Shown here: positions 10,492 through 20,760 of the stretch, one piece after another
Layout: each line of letters starts with the position of its first letter
Position numbering within the stretch: the stretch's first letter is position 1
Assembly (NCBI GenBank): GCA_965198115.1
Contig: OZ240241.1
Span: forward strand, 6,656,001 to 6,720,000
DNA from: Candidatus Latescibacterota bacterium
GTDB taxonomy: Bacteria > Latescibacterota > UBA2968
Reading direction: 5' to 3'
Length of the DNA stretch: 64,000 nucleotides
Position numbers and translations under genes: made by a program
Notes under the pieces: model-generated
What the model was told of the DNA's origin: nothing
The model's database searches: none
The model's input: only the letters and a program-made list of their open reading frames with translations

Positions 10492-10931
10492 ATGCAACCG
10501 GAGATTATGATCAACTTTGTTGCCGTCATCGTTTGTGTCATTGCGGCACAGCCAGTGGGGTATCTGTGGTTTGGGCCCCTGTTTGGAAAGGCCTGGGCGC
10601 GTCACATGGGGTTTGAGGATATGGAACCCCCGGGTGGTGGAGCGATGGCCAGGTCGATCGGGCTTCACTCACTTGGATCGTTGCTGATCGCCTTCGTTCT
10701 CGCACACAGCATTTTGGTCTGGCAGCCGGCGACGTGGGGCGTGGGTGAGAATCAGGCGGCGTGGGTCTACGGACTGAACGGAGCGGTCTGGACGTGGGTC
10801 GGTTTCTTTCTGCCGCTTCAGATCGGACGCGTGGCCTGGGAAATGAAGGGTTGGGACTCGTTGCGATCAACGCAGGGTTCGATCTGGTTCGGCTGTTGAT
10901 CTTTGGGATGATTCTGGCTTACTGGCCGTGA
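10492..10931 (+). CDS. DUF1761-family membrane protein (frameshift in G run ~10855)
   Basis: GYLWFGPLFGKAW, AWE; shifted frame gives last helix GLVAINAGFDLVRLLIFGMILAYWP*. Confidence 0.75.
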
Positions 10932-10938
10932 TTGTGCC

Positions 10939-11610
10939 CTACGCTACGGCATACTCGTTCAGGTAGTCCTCGATCTTTCTGGCGAGTTCAGCCGTGAGAG
11001 GGACTTCACCGTCAATCTCGCGTTTTGGCAAGTGTTCGAGAATGTCGTAGACAGTAACGATGGACCGCACTTCGATGCCAGTCCTTTCCGCGAGAGACTC
11101 GACAGAATTCCCGCCTTCCGCGTTCCTCTCCTTTCGATCGACGGCGATGACGAGACCTGTGACCTCGCCTGCCGTCGCCGATCGAAGACTTTCGATTGAC
11201 GCGACTTTCGTGGCACCATCGGTGACGACATCGTCGACGAGGACGATTCTGTCGCCTTCCCCGGGCACGTGGCCGACGATCCACCCCCCCTCGCCGTGGT
11301 CCTTTTCCTCCTTGCGATCGAAACTGTAGGCAACGTCCTGCTCAAAATGGTGGTTGAAGGCGATGGCTGCCGAGATGCTGAGCGGGATGCCCTTGTAGGC
11401 TGGGCCAAAGATGACTGTCGGCTGCGTCTCGAGCTCGCGTATTGCTGAGGCGTAATAATAGCCCAGCCGCTCGATTTGCTCTCCTCGACTGAATTCACCC
11501 GAGTTGAAAAAGTAGGGTGACGTGCGTCCACTCTTGAGCGTAAAAGCGCCAAAGTTCAGGGCGCCGGAACGAACGAGAAACTCGATGAATTCACGCTGAT
11601 AGTCTTGCAT
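10939..11610 (-). CDS. pyrE: Orotate phosphoribosyltransferase
   Basis: FTLKSGRTSPYFFN, FGPAYKGIP, DRKEEKDHGEGG, VLVDDVVTDG. Confidence 0.95.
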   Translation of the reverse strand: MQDYQREFIEFLVRSGALNFGAFTLKSGRTSPYFFNSGEFSRGEQIERLGYYYASAIRELETQPTVIFGPAYKGIPLSISAAIAFNHHFEQDVAYSFDRKEEKDHGEGGWIVGHVPGEGDRIVLVDDVVTDGATKVASIESLRSATAGEVTGLVIAVDRKERNAEGGNSVESLAERTGIEVRSIVTVYDILEHLPKREIDGEVPLTAELARKIEDYLNEYAVA

Positions 11611-11631
11611 TGGCTTCTCCAGGAGAAGGCG

Positions 11632-11699
11632 CCCCTTCGATACGGCTGCTCCGCAGCCTACTCAGGGCAGGCACTGAGGCCACTGAGCACACTGAGAAA
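11632..11699. repeat. REP-like hairpin abutting a nonamer tandem repeat
   Basis: CCCTTCGATAC-GGCTGC TCC GCAGCC-TACTCAGGGCAGGC followed by CACTGAGGC CACTGAGCA CACTGAGAA. Confidence 0.6.
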
Positions 11700-11859
11700 G
11701 ACCTGTGGAAGTGGATACGCTTGCGAGTTCGACCTGAGGTTTAGAGGAAGGGTTTCAGTAGACCACGGTGACCTATCGCTCTTCAGCTTCGTGGCTTCGT
11801 GGTGGTTCTTCCTTGACGGTTGTGTTAGCAACGCGATCTTAGTCGGGGAGGCGAAATCA

Positions 11860-12309
11860 ATGTGGCGCTGGCGTGTGGCGCTGGCGGTCTGGATGGGGAT
11901 GATTTTTGTGCTGTCCAGTTCGCTGTTTGCGTCGGAAATGTCCTACGACAACACGGTCAACTGGTTCGGGATGTTCAACTACGTAGTACGGAAGTGCGTG
12001 CACATTTTCGAGTATGGCGTTCTGACGTGGCTCTGGTTTCGATCGATCCGAAACCCCGTTGATTCCGTGGGTCGATCGATTCCCGTGTCGTCTGTGCTAA
12101 CTCTAATCTACGCAATGAGCGATGAGTGGCACCAGAGTTTCGTTTTCGAACGATCGGGAGAGTGGTCGGACGTCGGGTACGATACGGTAGGGATCGTGGT
12201 GATGGCGGTGACCCTGCAACGATCGCTGATGTGGGAGCCTTCGAAGCTACGAGAATGGCTCCTGGGTGAGGATGAACAAAGCGGATCTGGTCTGGAGACG
12301 TCTGCATAA
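11860..12309 (+). CDS. VanZ-family membrane protein
   Basis: WMGMIFVLSS, RKCVHIFEYGVL, YAMSDEWHQSFV..R..SDVGYD. Confidence 0.85.
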   Translation: MWRWRVALAVWMGMIFVLSSSLFASEMSYDNTVNWFGMFNYVVRKCVHIFEYGVLTWLWFRSIRNPVDSVGRSIPVSSVLTLIYAMSDEWHQSFVFERSGEWSDVGYDTVGIVVMAVTLQRSLMWEPSKLREWLLGEDEQSGSGLETSA

Positions 12310-12319
12310 AGGGAAATCG

Positions 12320-13639
12320 ATGGCCTACAAGAACGTCCTGCTGCTGATCGCCGACGACTGGAGCCCACTAGCCGGATGCTACGGCGATTCGGTGATCAAA
12401 ACACCGAATGTCGACGCGCTCGCGAAGCGCGCTACCCGCTTCCGCCACGCATTCTGTACGACACCCTCGTGTGCGGCAAGCCGTGCGAATATCCTGACAG
12501 GACACTACAGCCATACACACGGACAGTATGGTCACTCGCACGGCATCCATAATTTCCACACCGGTCTTCATATGCCGTCGATCCCGAAGACGTTGTCGGA
12601 TGCAGGATTTGCGACTGGAGTCATCGGGAAGATGCACGTGCAACCGGAGTCGGTCTATCCGTGGACGCACGACTTTCAGCGGGTCGACGGAGGCAGTCGT
12701 GATGTGGGGAGGATGGCAGGTCGCGTTCGCGAGTTCTTTGCAGACATCGGCGACCTTCCTTTCTATCTCCATATGGGATTCTCCGACCCGCATCGAGACT
12801 TCGGAAACCGGCACGCGCCGTATACGGACCACGACGAGGTGACCTACGACCCGGGCGAGGTGCCGGTGCCCAAGTTTCTGCTGGATCATCCTGACGTGAG
12901 GAAGGAGATCGCCGAATACTACCAGTCGATTTCGCGGCTCGATGCCGGCTACGGGATGGCGATCCGGGCGCTCGAAGAGGCCGGACGCGCCGACGATACG
13001 ATGATCATCGTGATGTCGGATCACGGGATGCCGTTCCCCGGGGCGAAGGGGTCTTCGTTCGATTCGGGCCACCACTGCCCGCTGTTGATCGCAAAGCCCG
13101 GTGCGAGCGAGGTGGAAAGCGACGCGCTCGTGAACTGGTCGAACATCGCACCGACCGTTTACGACTGGTGCGGGGCAGAGACCCCGGAGGGTTTACCCGA
13201 ACGGTCTCTGCTCCCGACGCTCGACAAGGCCCACACGGAAGGATGGGATGAAACGTTCTTCTCTCACACCTTCCACGAGGTGACGAACTACTATCCCTAT
13301 CGCGTGCTGCGAGGGCGCAAGTACAAGTATGTGAAGAATCTCTACCCGGAGTTGACGACACCGCTGCCGAGCGATCTTTGGGCTTCACCGACGTGGCAGG
13401 CAGTGTTGAACGAAGGAATCGACAGGATGGGGGACCGGCCGACCAACGGGTTTCTCCATCAGGCGGGGGAAGCTCTGTTCGACGTCGAGAGCGACCCGGT
13501 CGAGTCGAAGAATCTGATCGACGATCCGGATCTGCAGGATGTGGCGGAAGCGATGCGGCAGAAGGTGCGGCGATTCCGGGTGGAGACGAAAGACCCTTGG
13601 GTTCTGGCGTCGAAGCACGCGGGGGAGAGTTTCGATTAG
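12320..13639 (+). CDS. Sulfatase, N-sulfoglucosamine sulfohydrolase-like, no signal peptide
   Basis: LLIADD, SCAASRANILTG, GKMH, DPHR, SDHGMPFPGAK. Confidence 0.9.
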   Translation: MAYKNVLLLIADDWSPLAGCYGDSVIKTPNVDALAKRATRFRHAFCTTPSCAASRANILTGHYSHTHGQYGHSHGIHNFHTGLHMPSIPKTLSDAGFATGVIGKMHVQPESVYPWTHDFQRVDGGSRDVGRMAGRVREFFADIGDLPFYLHMGFSDPHRDFGNRHAPYTDHDEVTYDPGEVPVPKFLLDHPDVRKEIAEYYQSISRLDAGYGMAIRALEEAGRADDTMIIVMSDHGMPFPGAKGSSFDSGHHCPLLIAKPGASEVESDALVNWSNIAPTVYDWCGAETPEGLPERSLLPTLDKAHTEGWDETFFSHTFHEVTNYYPYRVLRGRKYKYVKNLYPELTTPLPSDLWASPTWQAVLNEGIDRMGDRPTNGFLHQAGEALFDVESDPVESKNLIDDPDLQDVAEAMRQKVRRFRVETKDPWVLASKHAGESFD

Positions 13640-13705
13640 GAAATTGGGGAATTAGGGAATATGAAGATGTGGCGCGACGGCATCGGAGGATCCTTGGTGT
13701 CGCAG

Positions 13706-13741
13706 TGACCTAATGACAGGTGACCAATGACCAGTGACCAA
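13706..13741. repeat. Degenerate heptamer tandem repeat (TGACCAR)
   Basis: TGACCTAA TGACAGG TGACCAA TGACCAG TGACCAA. Confidence 0.65.
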
Positions 13742-13761
13742 CTGAGAGTCGGGATCGAACA

Positions 13762-14721
13762 ATGAACGAACCGATTGCGAGTCGTGTGGCGGATCTGATC
13801 GGTGGTACGCCGATGGTTCGGCTTGAGAGTCTGTCACCAGCAGGTGGCGCGGCGATTCTGGCGAAGATGGAGTATCTCAACCCGGGCGGCAGCGTGAAGG
13901 ATCGAATCGCGCTGAATATGCTCGTGGCGGCGGAGGCGGCAGGGGAGCTGAAACCCGGAATGACGATCGTCGAGGCGACGAGTGGAAACACGGGAATCGG
14001 CCTGGCGATGCTGTGCGCCAAGCTGGGTTACCGGCTCGTTCTGACGATGCCGGAGACGATGAGTTTCGAACGGCGCGCCCTGGTGACGCGCTACGGTGCC
14101 GAGGTGATCATCACGCCTGGTTCCGGAGATATGGACGGGTCACGCGCACGGGCTCGTGAGATTGTTGAGAAGAACCCGGATTGCCTGGAGCTGAAGCAGT
14201 TCGACAACCCGGCGAACCCCGATGTGCACCGGACAACGACCGGACCGGAGATTGTGGAGGCGACGGAGGGGAACATCACGGCCTTCGTGGCGGGCATCGG
14301 TACGGGGGGCACGATTACGGGGGTGGGTGAGGTTCTGAAGGGGGAGTCGGCGGACGTGCGTGTCATCGGTGTGGAGCCGGCGGGCTCGGCCGTCCTGAAC
14401 GGCAAGCCAGCGGGCCCACACGCGATCGAGGGTATCGGAGCGGGCTTCATTCCATCGATTCTGAACCGCGCGATCCTCGATGATGTGATGACGGTCGAAG
14501 ATCGCGAGGCGTTCGATATGGCGGAGGCCCTCGCACGAGAAGAAGCCCTTCTGGTGGGGATCTCGTCGGGTGCAGCGGTCCTGGCTGCCAGACGGGTGGC
14601 GGAGAAGATGTCTCCCGACGAAGTGGTGGTCACCGTTCTCTGTGACACGGGCACACGTTACTTCAGCATCGAAGAGTATTTCAAACGCGACGAGACGCAG
14701 AGCCAGAGCGTCCTTCTCTGA
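13762..14721 (+). CDS. cysK: Cysteine synthase A
   Basis: KMEYLNPGGSVKDR (PLP Lys), EATSGNTGIG, QFDNPAN, GIGTGGT, GISSGA. Confidence 0.93.
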   Translation: MNEPIASRVADLIGGTPMVRLESLSPAGGAAILAKMEYLNPGGSVKDRIALNMLVAAEAAGELKPGMTIVEATSGNTGIGLAMLCAKLGYRLVLTMPETMSFERRALVTRYGAEVIITPGSGDMDGSRARAREIVEKNPDCLELKQFDNPANPDVHRTTTGPEIVEATEGNITAFVAGIGTGGTITGVGEVLKGESADVRVIGVEPAGSAVLNGKPAGPHAIEGIGAGFIPSILNRAILDDVMTVEDREAFDMAEALAREEALLVGISSGAAVLAARRVAEKMSPDEVVVTVLCDTGTRYFSIEEYFKRDETQSQSVLL

Positions 14722-14732
14722 CGGGCCCGTGT

Positions 14733-15872
14733 GTGGATCTGAGTCGTAGGGAACGATCGTTCGAGTCCAGGTTTCGGAAGAAGATGGCGGTCTGGCCGCG
14801 CGAGAGTGCGTGGCCGGGGATCGTCGTGTGCGCCGGGCTGACGGTTCTCGCGGCCTATCTCTACGCGCTGCCCTACCCTCCGTTCACGCTGTCGAGCGGC
14901 CTGCATCCGATCAGCGCGGTCCTTCTCGCCATTCTGCTGGGTATGCTCGTCAGGAACGTGATTCCGGCTTCTGCCCGGCTGGCGCCGGGTGTGAATTCGA
15001 TGGTCAAGAAGGGGCTTCCGGTCGGGATCGTGCTTCTGGGTGCGCGGCTCGATTTCTACGATCTCGTGAGAGTCGCCCTTCACGTCCTCGTGGGCGCAAC
15101 GGTCCTCATTTTAATCGTGATCGTGCTGACCTCGCTGTTGTCTCGTTGGTTCAAAGTGGAAGAGAAAATGGGTCTGCTGATCGGTACGGGCACGGCGATT
15201 TGTGGGAGCTCGGCTATCGTCGCCGTGGCGCCTGTCCTGAACGCACAGGAGGAGGAGATGGCCTACTCCATCGGGGTCATCAATATCCTGGGTGTGATTG
15301 CGATGCTTCTGTTTCCGGTGATGGGGTCGATCCTGGATCTGGATGCGACCATCTACGGGGTGTGGTGCGGGCTGGGTATTCACGCGACACCGCAAGTGAT
15401 CGCCGCCGGTTTCGCGCACACGGGCGAAGGCCAGGTGGCCGGAGAAATGGCCACGATCGTGAAGCTCGTGCGTATCTCCCTGCTGGGACCGGCTGTTTTC
15501 GTCCTGGGTGCGTGGTATGCGCTTCGCCGTCGCTCCACGACCTACGTCGCCGAACCGATTCGTTATTCCAGGCTGGTGCCGGGGTTCGTGATCCTCTTTC
15601 TGGGTCTGGCGCTGCTTCGGACGTTGGGTTTCCTACCCGAGGTGACGCTCCACCTGACGGATCAGTTTCCTTTCGGCGGAGGTGACTTTCACATCGACCT
15701 GGCCGGGGTTCTGAGCCAATCGGGAAAGTGGGTGATCACGGGGGCGATGGCCGGCGTCGGTCTGGCGACGGAGTTGAGGACGATGAGGGCAGGCGGTTTC
15801 CGACCGTTGGTCCTGGGTATCTTGTCGGCAGTGGGTATCGCTCTACTCGCACTGGCGATCGCAAACGTTTGA
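14733..15872 (+). CDS. YeiH / putative sulfate exporter family membrane protein
   Basis: GIVLLGARL, GTAICGSSAIVAVAP, GIHATPQV, VKLVR, AMAGVGL; start could be ATG 14784. Confidence 0.88.
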   Translation: MDLSRRERSFESRFRKKMAVWPRESAWPGIVVCAGLTVLAAYLYALPYPPFTLSSGLHPISAVLLAILLGMLVRNVIPASARLAPGVNSMVKKGLPVGIVLLGARLDFYDLVRVALHVLVGATVLILIVIVLTSLLSRWFKVEEKMGLLIGTGTAICGSSAIVAVAPVLNAQEEEMAYSIGVINILGVIAMLLFPVMGSILDLDATIYGVWCGLGIHATPQVIAAGFAHTGEGQVAGEMATIVKLVRISLLGPAVFVLGAWYALRRRSTTYVAEPIRYSRLVPGFVILFLGLALLRTLGFLPEVTLHLTDQFPFGGGDFHIDLAGVLSQSGKWVITGAMAGVGLATELRTMRAGGFRPLVLGILSAVGIALLALAIANV

Positions 15873-15890
15873 GCAATCACGGGACAACCG

Positions 15891-18237
15891 ATGGCTGACG
15901 ACCCTACGATCATCCGACTCTTGCTGAACGAGATCGATGTCGCGGGTGCCGCGAACGAGTTGGGCATCGACGCGCGTCGGGTGTCTGACCGGCGACGTCG
16001 CTACCTCCGTCGCAAGCTGCCCAAGATCGATGGAGAGGTGAGGGCCGCCGTCGATGGTCCGGTCGAAATCGCGCGGGATGCCTGGGGTGTCGCTCACATC
16101 AGCGCGAACGCCGTGGCCGATGGATTCTTCGGGTTGGGATATGCGATGGCGCAGGACCGGCTGTGGCAGCTCGACCATATGCGTCGTCTCGCCTCAGGTC
16201 GTCTGGCGGAGATCCTGGGTTCGGATGCGTTGCCGGAAGATCGTTTGCATCGAACGATCGGGCTGCGGCGCGCCGCCGAAGCGGCGGTCGAAACGGCTGG
16301 GGACGAAGTGCTGATGGTGCTGGAGGCGCTGTCGAGCGGTATCAACGCTGGAATGAGAGCCTCGGAAGGCCGGATGCCGGTCGAGTTCGACGTGCTGGAC
16401 TATGCCCCGGACCCGTGGTCCCCCCGTGGACACGGTGGCCGTGTGGAAATGGCGCTGGTGGATGCTGACGGGTCGTCTCGGCATTCTCGCTGTCGCTGAA
16501 GCCGGGAAGCGCCATCTGAGTCCCGATCAGTTCGATGCCTTTATGGTGGCAGAGGCGAATGAGGAGACGATCGTGCCGTCTGATGAGCCGGCACGAACGG
16601 GCGGTCACGACACGGGTGAAGGGAGCAACAATTGGGCAGTCGGTGGGTCCCGCACGGATTCCGGCGGTGCGATTCTGGCGACGGATCCGCACAACGGCGT
16701 CGATCTGTCACGGCAGTGGTATCAGGCACAGCTGACAGTGCCCGGTATCGATGCGATCGGTGCCTTTTTCCTGGGGACGCCCGGCATCTACCTGGGTCAT
16801 ACACGGTGTACGGCGTGGGGCGTGACGAACCATACGGCGTCGGCGAGAGATCTGTATGTGGAGACGATCTCGGCAGACAATCCGCGCCTCTACCTGGAGA
16901 GAGGCGAGTGGCAGTCGCTGACCGTGCGCGAGGAGGTCCTCGAGGTCAAGGCGCGACCGGACGAGACCTTCCAGGTGCGCGAAACGTCACGCGGCCCGCT
17001 GGTCGAAGCCTTCGTACCGAAGGTCGAAGCCAGAGATCTTCCGCCCGTTTCGCTTCGCTGGCTGGGCGCCGAGGCCACAACCGGGTTCGAGTCGATGCTG
17101 GCCCTGGAGCGATCTCAATCTCTGGACGATGTGGTTGGGGCGCTCGAGCAGTGGCCGTTTCCGCTTTTAAACTTCGTGTTTGCCGATGGTGAAGGTCGTG
17201 TCGGGTATTACGCCGCCGGCCAGGTCCCGCATCGTGAAGAGACCTTTCGAGGATTCCGCGACGCGCAACGGGAGGACCACGGATGGAATGGCGTCATCCC
17301 GTTCGATGCAATGCCGCGGCTGGTTCGTCCCGAACGGGACTGGGTTGCGTCGGCGAACAATCCTCCGTGGGGTGGTTCGGGATCCTACTTGTCGCTCGGG
17401 TCGTGGTCGGACGGCTACAGGTTCAGGCGGATTCGGACACGGATCGAGGAGAAAACGAATCACACGCTGGAAACAGTTGGAGCCATCCACGCCGACATCA
17501 CTCTGGCCAGGGCGGTCGATCTGGCACCTGTCGTGGCGAAGCTGGCCGCGAAGAGCCGACGGAAGGAAATCCGGGATTGGTCGACGATCCTGAATGGGTG
17601 GGATGGCACGTATGGCGTGGATGAAATTGCTCCTACGTTGTTTACGGCGTTCTGGGACACCTGGCTGAAACGTGTCGCGAGGGCGCGATTCCCGGGCGCG
17701 CTCGTTTCGATGGTCAAGGACCGATGCGGGAGCGTCGCGCGACGATTGTTGATGGGCGAACGATTGGACTGGTTCGACGAAGGGGTCGATGTCGAAGCCG
17801 AGGCGATCGGGGCGATTGAAGATGCGCTACGGTGGCTGAAACAGGACGTGGGCGGGCGCAAGTCCCAATGGAGATGGGGCCGGCTGCATACGGTGACGTT
17901 CGGTCATCCGGTGGCGAAGACGCCGGCATTGCGGAAGCTGTTGACGGTGGGGCCGGTCGAAACGTCGGGGGCTACGGGTACCGTTCGGGCAGCCGGTCAC
18001 AGCGTAGCCGAACCGTTCGTCGTGACGGGTCTGTCGACGTATCGGATGGTGGTCGATCTGTCGGATCCAGCACACGGGAAGGCGACGACGGCCGGTGGAC
18101 AATCGGGCCATCCCGCGAGCCCGCACTATCGCACTCAGACGGATCTGTGGCTGGCCGACGAGTACCACCCGATGTTGATGGACCCGGTTGATGTTGACCA
18201 GAACCTCAAGGGTAGGCTGGTCATAAACCCGGGCTAG
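15891..18237 (+). CDS. Penicillin acylase family (Ntn hydrolase, S45); frameshift in C6 run 16420-16425
   Basis: IARDAWGVAHI, AQDRLWQLD, GSNNWAV nucleophile, DPH, SANN, WRWGRLH, GGQSGHPASPHY. Confidence 0.85.
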
Positions 18238-18258
18238 TGACCATTGACCATTGACCAA
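18238..18258. repeat. Heptamer tandem repeat directly after stop codon
   Basis: TGACCAT TGACCAT TGACCAA. Confidence 0.6.
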
Positions 18259-18263
18259 AGTGG

Positions 18264-20666
18264 ATGAACATCGTGACTGCGCGTGAGACATTGGATGCGC
18301 TTCGCTCCAATCGGGCGAAGCGTTTTCTGTTTTACCTGGTGACGGTGACGGTGGGGCCCCTCGTGTTTCTGCTCCTGGTGGAAGGGGTTCTTCGGGCTGT
18401 GGCGCGCGGTCCGGAGACGGATTTTTTCATTCCCTTCCGATCGAATGGGGGAGAGACGGTCTATACGACGAACGATCGGTTTGCGCACCAGTACTTCCCT
18501 CCGGCGATGGCTCGGATTCCGCGGCCAGCCCGCATTGCCGTACCCAAGCCGCAGGACGTTTACCGGGTCCTCGTGTTGGGAGGATCGGCGGCGATGGGCG
18601 AGCCAGAGCCGACGTTCAGTATGGGGCGTGTGCTTCAGGCGATGCTGGAACAGCAATATCCAGGGTTGACGATCGAGGTCATCAACGGCGCCCTGGCGAC
18701 GATCAACTCGCACGTGGCTTATCAGATCGCCAAGGAGGTCGACCGCATCGAACCGGACGTCGTTCTCGTCTATCTGGGGAACAACGAAGTGGTGGGTCCC
18801 TACGGTGCCGGAACGGTATTCGGTGCGTTTTCGCCGAATCTTGCGATGATTCGGATCGGAATCGCGGCACGCAAGACGCGAGTCGGTCAACTGATCGATC
18901 ATCTGTCGTCGATCGCGTTGGGACAGGGGCAGTTCGTGACCGAGGGCCAGGGGATGGCGATGTTTCAGCGGCAGCGGGTTCGGGAGGATGACCCACGGCT
19001 GAGGCGCGTCTACGACCACTTTAGACAGAATCTCGAAGACCTGGTCGACGAGGTGAAGCGATCGGGCGCGAAGCTCGTCCTGAGCACGGTCGGCTCGAAC
19101 CTGGCCGATCTTCCACCGTTTGCGTCGGCACTGGGGGAAGGGACGATCGATCGACGGGGACTGCTCTACGAGGAGGGTCAGAGGCTCGAGGAGGTGGGCC
19201 GCCCGGACGAAGCAATCGCCATCTATTCGAAGGCGCTTGAAATCGATGCGGGGCACGCCGGGCTTCACTACCGGATCTCGCGTCTGTTCCGTATGCGAGG
19301 TCGCGATGTGGAAGCTGACAAACACGCGATCCGGGCGAGAGACCTCGATACGTTGAGGTTTCGTGCGGACAGCCGTCTCAATGCCATCATTCGGGAGATC
19401 TCTGCTCGTGAAGACGTGGATCTGGTGGACGCTGTGGCCGCTTTGCACGCCGCCTCGAATGGACTTCCGGGCAACGATCTCTTCTACGAGCACGTGCATC
19501 TGACTTTCGAGGGGAATCGGGTCGTTGCGAAGGCAGTGGTCGACGTTCTTCGGTCAACGGTCTCTGGTCGACCCACAGAGCCGGTTCCCGATGCCGTTGC
19601 GTGCGCGGATCGGCTGGCACTCACACCGTGGGATCGCTATCGAACGCTGGTCGGAATGGCCGGGTTGATGCGGCGAGCCCCGTTCACGCTTCAGGACGGG
19701 CATCGAGCGAGGCGCCGATCGATGAACCTGCGAGTGCTCGCCCTGCGGGCGATGGCGACGACCGGCCTGGCGCTGCAAGATGCGACCGACCACTACGAAC
19801 GACTTCTCGAATCCCACCCCGCGGACCTGGACATCCGTGAGAACTATGCTCGACTTCTTCAGGAAGTGGGCGATCTGAACGGAGCCGCCGCGGCGTGGCG
19901 CGTTCTGACCGACGCCGTTCCGGCGTCTTCGTGGACTCTGGGTCTGGCAACCGTCTTTACCGATCAGAGTGCACACCACGCGGCGACCCATCTGTATCGG
20001 GACGTTCAGCGGCGGCTTCCCGATCTGACGTTTCTCAACATTCAGATCGGGTATGACCTCGTGGCAGCCGGCCGGCTGGCGGAAGCAGTGGCAGAGCTCG
20101 AACGAGGTCTGGACAGGAATCCGGGATCGACGATCGCTCGCCTCAACCTGTCAGGTTTGCTGATGGATCTGGGTCGGAGCGCTGAAGCGTATGACGTCCT
20201 GGAAGTGGGTCTTTCGAAGGTTCGCGCTGATCTAAATGTTCAGGCGGAGGCGGACCTGCTCGTGGGGAAGGGGGAACGGCTGGTCGCCGAGAAGCGATTC
20301 GAAGAAGCGGTGCGAGCATTCGGTGGCGCCCGCGAGGCCTACACGTCGATCCGGGACTATGAAGGCGTGGTCACGTCCTGGGTGAAGACGGCGGAGGCGT
20401 ATCGCGGGAGTGGAGACCGGGATCGAGCACGCGAGGCCTACCACGAAGCCAGGATGGTCTGCGCCGACCTTGCGATGCGTGAGGAAGAGGCCGGGATTCT
20501 GGTCGGGATGGGGTTGAATTCGATGGAGACGGGGGATCACGCAGAGGCCTATCGGTTTTTTGGGGAGGCGAAGGCGCGCTACGCCGACGTGGTGATCGAT
20601 CACCCGTCGATCGAGTGGGTCGAGCGAATGCGTGAGGCCGTCGAGATTTCGGGCGATGAAAATTGA
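18264..20666 (+). CDS. Membrane-anchored SGNH-like domain plus TPR protein
   Basis: N-terminal TM helix; VLGGSAAMG, YLGNNEVVG, EHVHL SGNH-like blocks; multiple TPR helices. Confidence 0.75.
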   Translation: MNIVTARETLDALRSNRAKRFLFYLVTVTVGPLVFLLLVEGVLRAVARGPETDFFIPFRSNGGETVYTTNDRFAHQYFPPAMARIPRPARIAVPKPQDVYRVLVLGGSAAMGEPEPTFSMGRVLQAMLEQQYPGLTIEVINGALATINSHVAYQIAKEVDRIEPDVVLVYLGNNEVVGPYGAGTVFGAFSPNLAMIRIGIAARKTRVGQLIDHLSSIALGQGQFVTEGQGMAMFQRQRVREDDPRLRRVYDHFRQNLEDLVDEVKRSGAKLVLSTVGSNLADLPPFASALGEGTIDRRGLLYEEGQRLEEVGRPDEAIAIYSKALEIDAGHAGLHYRISRLFRMRGRDVEADKHAIRARDLDTLRFRADSRLNAIIREISAREDVDLVDAVAALHAASNGLPGNDLFYEHVHLTFEGNRVVAKAVVDVLRSTVSGRPTEPVPDAVACADRLALTPWDRYRTLVGMAGLMRRAPFTLQDGHRARRRSMNLRVLALRAMATTGLALQDATDHYERLLESHPADLDIRENYARLLQEVGDLNGAAAAWRVLTDAVPASSWTLGLATVFTDQSAHHAATHLYRDVQRRLPDLTFLNIQIGYDLVAAGRLAEAVAELERGLDRNPGSTIARLNLSGLLMDLGRSAEAYDVLEVGLSKVRADLNVQAEADLLVGKGERLVAEKRFEEAVRAFGGAREAYTSIRDYEGVVTSWVKTAEAYRGSGDRDRAREAYHEARMVCADLAMREEEAGILVGMGLNSMETGDHAEAYRFFGEAKARYADVVIDHPSIEWVERMREAVEISGDEN

Positions 20667-20691
20667 CACGGATCGTACGAAGGGATATATC
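20663..20691 (+). promoter_or_regulatory. Putative sigma70 promoter
   Basis: TTGACA-N17-TATATC upstream of the PmoA-like gene. Confidence 0.45.
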
Positions 20692-20697
20692 GAGGAA

Positions 20698-20732
20698 ATC
20701 GAGTATCGAATATCGAGAATCGAGTATCGAAA
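20698..20732. repeat. Heptamer tandem repeat (ATCGARW) x5
   Basis: ATCGAGT ATCGAAT ATCGAGA ATCGAGT ATCGAAA. Confidence 0.75.
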
Positions 20733-20760
20733 TGAGAAGCTGGAGGATCTGAGGAATCTG

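Noticed and set aside
11860-12309. Vancomycin resistance locus
   Set aside because: VanZ-like proteins are widespread; no vanHAX or vanRS nearby
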